Assembly (NCBI GenBank): GCA_964584035.1
Contig: CAZOYL010000040.1
Span: 1-19,475 of the forward strand
Origin: an uncultured Gemmatimonadota bacterium
GTDB taxonomy: Bacteria; SM23-81
Direction of reading: 5' to 3'
Length of the DNA stretch: 19,475 bases
Notes under the pieces: model-generated
What the model was told of the DNA's origin: nothing
The model's input: only the letters and a program-made list of their open reading frames with translations
Databases searched by the model: none
Made by a program: the position numbers and the translations under genes
Shown: positions 15,600 to 19,475 of the stretch, piece after piece
Layout of the letters: each line of letters opens with the position of its first letter
How positions within the stretch are numbered: position 1 is the first letter of the stretch

Positions 15600-16820
15600 T
15601 TATCCGGTGCGAAGAGCCTGCACGGGATCGACCCGGCTGATGCGCCAGACCGGATAGCTGGCCGCGACCAGGGCGATGACCAGCACGATCAGGGCCTGCC
15701 AGAGGAAGATCATCGGGTCGAGCGAAAACGGCAGCACGGGCTCCCAGCCATAGCTGATCATCATCTCCCGCACCTGGCCCTTCAGCGGGATGGGATGAAA
15801 ATAAAGATACACCAGCACCGGCACTCCCAGCGCCGTTCCGGCGATCACCCCGACGAAGGTCAGCATCAGGCTTTCCAGGATGGCCACCAGGCGCAGCCGG
15901 CCGCGCTTCATCCCGATGGCCACCATCATCCCGAACTCGCGGGTCCGCTCCATGGTCATCATCAGCACCGTGCCCAGGATGCCGAAGCCGATGACCATGT
16001 AGATGATCATGAGCATGATCAATCCACTGGCGTTGTCCGCCTCAATCGACTGGACGATCCCCGGCAGCATCTGTTCCCACGACATCACCTCATAGCGGTT
16101 GCCAAATTGGTTCTTTAGCTCCTTCATCAGACCGGGGAGGCGGTCCTGGCGGTCAATCATGATGGCCAGCGCGGTCGCCCGGCCGGGAGCCCCGACCAGC
16201 CGCTGCATTTCTGGCAGCGACAGATAGGCCATGCGGTTGTTCAGCTCCGGCAGGGGATATTCGACCAGGCCGGCGACCCCGTATTTCCCCGCCGCCGTGA
16301 TGCCGTGAAAGCCCTGCCCCAGGAGAACGACTGTGTCCTGAAGGCCCACCCGGAGGTGTTCGGCCAGCCCGCTGGCGAGAAGGATGCCCTGATCTTCCGG
16401 CAGCAGATACTGACCCGCCACCAGTCGGTCCTTCAGGTGGGTGAAGCGGTTCTCCGGGGCCGGATCGATGCCGGTCACCAGCGCGCCGTCCGTGATGTCG
16501 CCCGAGGAGATCAGCGTGAATGTCTCCAGCCGCGGGGTCGTTCTGGTGACGTGCCGGATCTGCTCCGCCTGCCGGGTCAGCGAATCGGTCAGCACGAAGC
16601 TGTCATCGATCGACTGGCTGTCCCAGAAGCCCCTGCCGTGGATCTGGGCATATCCGGTCTGGAAGCCGACCGTGTTCTCGATCAAATGGTGATAGCTGCC
16701 CAGCTGCATCGAGCGCATCGCCAGGGCGATGATAACGGCGAACAGCACCGAGGCCATTGCGATCAGGCTGCGCCGCTTGTTGCGCCAGATGTTGCGCCAA
16801 GCCAGGCTGAGATACATCAT
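15600..16820 (-). CDS. ABC transporter permease, LolC/E-FtsX/MacB type
   Basis: AWRNIWRNKRRS, periplasmic domain, MMTMERTREFGMMVAIGM, VDPVQALR; paralogue of the neighbouring permease. Confidence 0.92.
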   Translation of the reverse strand: MMYLSLAWRNIWRNKRRSLIAMASVLFAVIIALAMRSMQLGSYHHLIENTVGFQTGYAQIHGRGFWDSQSIDDSFVLTDSLTRQAEQIRHVTRTTPRLETFTLISSGDITDGALVTGIDPAPENRFTHLKDRLVAGQYLLPEDQGILLASGLAEHLRVGLQDTVVLLGQGFHGITAAGKYGVAGLVEYPLPELNNRMAYLSLPEMQRLVGAPGRATALAIMIDRQDRLPGLMKELKNQFGNRYEVMSWEQMLPGIVQSIEADNASGLIMLMIIYMVIGFGILGTVLMMTMERTREFGMMVAIGMKRGRLRLVAILESLMLTFVGVIAGTALGVPVLVYLYFHPIPLKGQVREMMISYGWEPVLPFSLDPMIFLWQALIVLVIALVAASYPVWRISRVDPVQALRTG

Positions 16821-16839
16821 CGTTTCGCCGGTCTCCGGT

Positions 16840-17595
16840 TTACGGACGGATGCGCTTCATGTTCTGCTGACTGAAGAAGGATTCCTCGATCTCGATATTG
16901 AACTCCAGGGCCTCGTATTCCATGATGGTCTCATGCCCCTCCTTGTCCACCGGGCGCATGACCAGCCTGGCGGGCAGCAGCCGTCCCCCCATCTCCTTGA
17001 TCTGGGACATCTCCATCACGTTGACCAGCTCGCCATCTTCGTCATAGTATTTGGCCAGCAGCTCCAGGTACTGTTCCTGACCCACCCAGAGATGGATCTG
17101 GCCCCAAACGACCGCCGCCTCCGGCTTGGGCGTGAGCTTGATCTCCCAGGCCTGGCGGCCGTCCAGGGTGGTGTCGCCGACGATCTCGTGCCGATAGTCA
17201 TTGACGATGGACGATTCCTTGACCAGATCGTCATTGGTGAAGTCGGTGCCCATCCACGACTGGCTCATCATCGACGGCGGCAGCTTGATCACCCGGTCGA
17301 TGTCGGACCGGTAATTCCAGACTTCATCTCCGCGCATGAGGAAGGTCGTCCCCCGGTCGCGCGCCGGTGAGGTGATCAGGATCAGAGCACGATCGTTGCC
17401 CTTTGCCCAGAGCTTCAGGCCTATCTCCCGGGACCAGTCGGGGCGGACGATCTTCATGGATACTTCCGCCCGGCTCGATTCGCCGCGCACATGCTGGTCG
17501 GCCAGGCGGACGATATCCGCGGCATCCGGGATTTCTTCAGCGGCCGGGCCCGCTGCCGTCAGCAGGGCGGCCATTATGACTCCGGGCAGATTCAT
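16840..17595 (-). CDS. LolA-like 'outer membrane lipoprotein-sorting' periplasmic protein
   Basis: Hydrophobic N-terminus, then MKIVRPDWSR, SPARDRGTTFL, KLPPSMMSQSWMGTDFTNDDL, PKPEAAVVW, FFSQQNMK, which are typical of the LolA_like family. Confidence 0.85.
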   Translation of the reverse strand: MNLPGVIMAALLTAAGPAAEEIPDAADIVRLADQHVRGESSRAEVSMKIVRPDWSREIGLKLWAKGNDRALILITSPARDRGTTFLMRGDEVWNYRSDIDRVIKLPPSMMSQSWMGTDFTNDDLVKESSIVNDYRHEIVGDTTLDGRQAWEIKLTPKPEAAVVWGQIHLWVGQEQYLELLAKYYDEDGELVNVMEMSQIKEMGGRLLPARLVMRPVDKEGHETIMEYEALEFNIEIEESFFSQQNMKRIRP

Positions 17596-17672
17596 GAGTA
17601 TCTTATTGTTCCCTTTTTGTCGTACAGGAAGCCGTCCTTATTTTATCTTTCTGTTTGCTTCTGTCCCGGCCT

Positions 17673-18851
17673 TTATTTCTCTCTCACATCACTCTCGTAG
17701 ATCCGATACGTTTTATAGATCTTGCCCCCCATCAGCTCCATGGCCCGCTTCATCATCTCATTGTCCTCCAGGATCCAGGACATCTCCCCCCAGGTGTAGC
17801 CTCTTTTTTCCCCGGCGTCCCAGGTCTTGACATAAAAGACCGCGTCGATGCCCCGGCGCTGGTACTCGTGCACCACTCCCATGACCAGGATGCGGGGATG
17901 GTCGATCCGTCGCGAGTGCCACAGCAGTTTGAGGATCCCGAAGGGGAACAGGCGGCCGTTGAGGTGTTTCAGGGCCTGGTTGTAATCCGGCAGGGTCAGC
18001 GAGAATCCGGCCGGCCGGCCGTTGACCTCTGCGAACAGGACCAGCTCGGGGACGATCAGGGGCTTGAGCTGTTTGGCCAGGTGATCGAACTCCGCCTCGG
18101 TCATGGGCACGAAGCCCCAGTTTTTACTCCAGGCATTGTTGTAGATGACCTTGATCCGTTTCAACTCGTTGTCGAAGTCCTTCATGTCGATCGGACGGAT
18201 GGTCAACCCTTCCTTCTGTTCGATCTTGGCGGCCATGCGCCGCAGCCGCTCCGGAAGGCCCTCCTCGATGATCATCCGGTAGGCATAGAGGTCTTTGGCC
18301 TTGGTCAGCCCATAGCCCTCCAGGAGCCCGGGGTAGTAAGGCGGGTTGTAGGGCATCATCAGCACCGGGCTCATGTCGAACCCCTGGACCAGCAATCCCC
18401 ACTCGTCATTGGAGGAAAAATTGGCCGGCCCGCGGAAGGTCTCCATGCCCCGCTGGCGCAGCCACTCCCGGGCGGCACCGAGGAGTTTTCCGGCCGCCTC
18501 CGGGTCGTTGACGCATTCGAAGAACCCGAAAAAACCGGTCCGCTCGTCGTGGAACTCGTTGTGGGCATGGTTGACCACGGCGGCGATGCGGCCGACCGGG
18601 CGGTCTCCGCGATCGGCCAGGAACAGCTGTATGTCAGCGTGCTCGTAAAAGGGATTTTTCCGGGGGTCGAAGGTCTCTTTCAGTTGACCGATGAGGGGCG
18701 GGACCCAGTGGGGATCGCCGCGATAGATCTTCCAGGGGAATTTGATGAATGCCCGCCGCTGCCACCGGGAGGTCACCGGCCGGATGCGGATCTCCGGGGG
18801 ATTCCGGCGGAGGTTCATGGGATAGAGATCATCTGTCAGCGGTATCGGCAT
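17673..18851 (-). CDS. Tandem-GNAT acyltransferase of the YghO / bacterial ceramide synthase (bCerS)-like family
   Basis: FIKFPWKIY..DPHWVPPL, GRIAA, FGFFEC, GP.NFSSNDEWGLLVQGFD, MMPYNPPYY, YNNAWSKNWGFVP, PDYNQ, GV..EYQRRG, EMSWILEDN. Lies directly downstream of an SPT-like gene. Alternative start ATG 18818. Confidence 0.78.
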   Translation of the reverse strand: MPIPLTDDLYPMNLRRNPPEIRIRPVTSRWQRRAFIKFPWKIYRGDPHWVPPLIGQLKETFDPRKNPFYEHADIQLFLADRGDRPVGRIAAVVNHAHNEFHDERTGFFGFFECVNDPEAAGKLLGAAREWLRQRGMETFRGPANFSSNDEWGLLVQGFDMSPVLMMPYNPPYYPGLLEGYGLTKAKDLYAYRMIIEEGLPERLRRMAAKIEQKEGLTIRPIDMKDFDNELKRIKVIYNNAWSKNWGFVPMTEAEFDHLAKQLKPLIVPELVLFAEVNGRPAGFSLTLPDYNQALKHLNGRLFPFGILKLLWHSRRIDHPRILVMGVVHEYQRRGIDAVFYVKTWDAGEKRGYTWGEMSWILEDNEMMKRAMELMGGKIYKTYRIYESDVREK

Positions 18852-18873
18852 GAGCCGGCGTCCTCGGCGTCGA

Positions 18874-19475
18874 TCAGGGGATGATGTCCATCTCCTTGCC
18901 CACCCGGCGGAAGATCTCCAGAACCGTGTCCAGCTCCTCGTCGGTGTGAGTGGCCATGTAGCTGGTCCGGATCAGGGCCTGGCCGGGGGGCACCGCCGGG
19001 GTGATCACCGGGTTGGAGAAGATGCCGTTCTCGAACAGGGTCTTCCAGAAATAGAAGGTCTTGACGTCCTCGCCGATGACGACCGGGATAATGGGCGTGC
19101 AGCTGGTGCCGGTGTTATAGCCCATGGCCTGAAAGCCGGTGCGCATTTTCTCCGTGTTTTTCCACAGCTTTTCGCGCCGCTTGGGCTCGGCCCTGATGAT
19201 CTCCAGGGCGGCCCGCACAGCGGCCACGGCGGCCGGCGGCATGCTGGCGCTGAAGATCAGAGCCCGGCCGTGGTGCTTGACGAAATCGATGACGTCGAAG
19301 TCGGCGGCGATGAATCCCCCGATGGAGACGAAGGACTTGCTGAAGGTGCCCATGACGATGTCGACCTCGTCCTGGAGGCCGAAATGGGCGGCGGTGCCGT
19401 TGCCCTGCGGGCCCAGCACGCCCACCGAGTGGGCGTCGTCCACCATCAGGCGGCAGCCGTACTTGTTTTTCAGCT
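18874..19475 (-). CDS. PLP-dependent alpha-oxoamine synthase, serine-palmitoyltransferase-like (5' end outside the window)
   Basis: Frame stays open to the window edge (LKNKYGCRL-MVDDAHS). DDAH motif, PLP-lysine motif GTFSKSFVSIGG (GTFSKS at 19333-19350), FSASMPP, PAVPPG..LIRTSYMATH. Family is clear; SPT versus BioF/Kbl is inferred from the motif and context. Confidence 0.85.
   Translation of the reverse strand, partial: LKNKYGCRLMVDDAHSVGVLGPQGNGTAAHFGLQDEVDIVMGTFSKSFVSIGGFIAADFDVIDFVKHHGRALIFSASMPPAAVAAVRAALEIIRAEPKRREKLWKNTEKMRTGFQAMGYNTGTSCTPIIPVVIGEDVKTFYFWKTLFENGIFSNPVITPAVPPGQALIRTSYMATHTDEELDTVLEIFRRVGKEMDIIP

Noticed and set aside
14414..15640. 408-aa plus-strand ORF
   Set aside because: Antisense shadow of the permease gene.
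13570..17595. Assigning lolA/lolC/lolD/lolE symbols
   Set aside because: Fold-level resemblance only; the carrier is of the LolA_like family and orthology to the housekeeping Lol system is not shown.
17640..17645. TAAAAT (-10-like) on the minus strand upstream of the LolA-like gene
   Set aside because: No matching -35 or extended -10, so not called as a promoter, though an internal promoter cannot be excluded.
17655..18884. 409-aa plus-strand ORF
   Set aside because: Antisense shadow of the bCerS-like gene.
1..19475. CRISPR arrays, tRNA/rRNA, IS elements, frequent GGCCGG/CCGG words
   Set aside because: No spaced repeats, RNA-gene signatures or transposase/integrase ORFs; the CCGG-rich words are explained by GC-rich codon usage.

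Overview
Gene-dense, GC-rich bacterial window. Two predicted outer-membrane proteins suggest a diderm, and the 2-oxoacid:ferredoxin oxidoreductase suggests an anaerobe or microaerophile. It holds three gene blocks. (1) 74-7224 (+): a signalling operon of a DUF2490-like outer-membrane barrel, a Cache/HAMP histidine kinase, a receiver domain fused to a glycine-cleavage-H-like domain with no canonical lipoylation motif, a paralogous stand-alone receiver, and a 1063-aa HEAT-repeat / P-loop / WD40 protein. None has a recognisable DNA-binding output. (2) 7448-12380 (+): a probably leaderless GNAT gene, then 2-oxoacid:ferredoxin oxidoreductase alpha/beta, a peroxiredoxin, a nitroreductase, a glutaredoxin-like protein and an FTR-like ferredoxin:disulfide reductase with a rubredoxin-type tail, closed by an intrinsic terminator. 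This looks like a ferredoxin-driven thiol-redox chain. (3) 12404-19475 (-): a serine-palmitoyltransferase-like enzyme cut by the window edge and a ceramide-synthase-like (YghO/bCerS) GNAT, followed by a LolA-like protein, two LolC/E-type permeases, a LolD-type ATPase and a predicted outer-membrane barrel. This is a candidate sphingolipid synthesis plus trans-envelope export locus. No RNA genes, CRISPR arrays or mobile elements were seen. All family calls are from motif recognition by eye; no searches were run.
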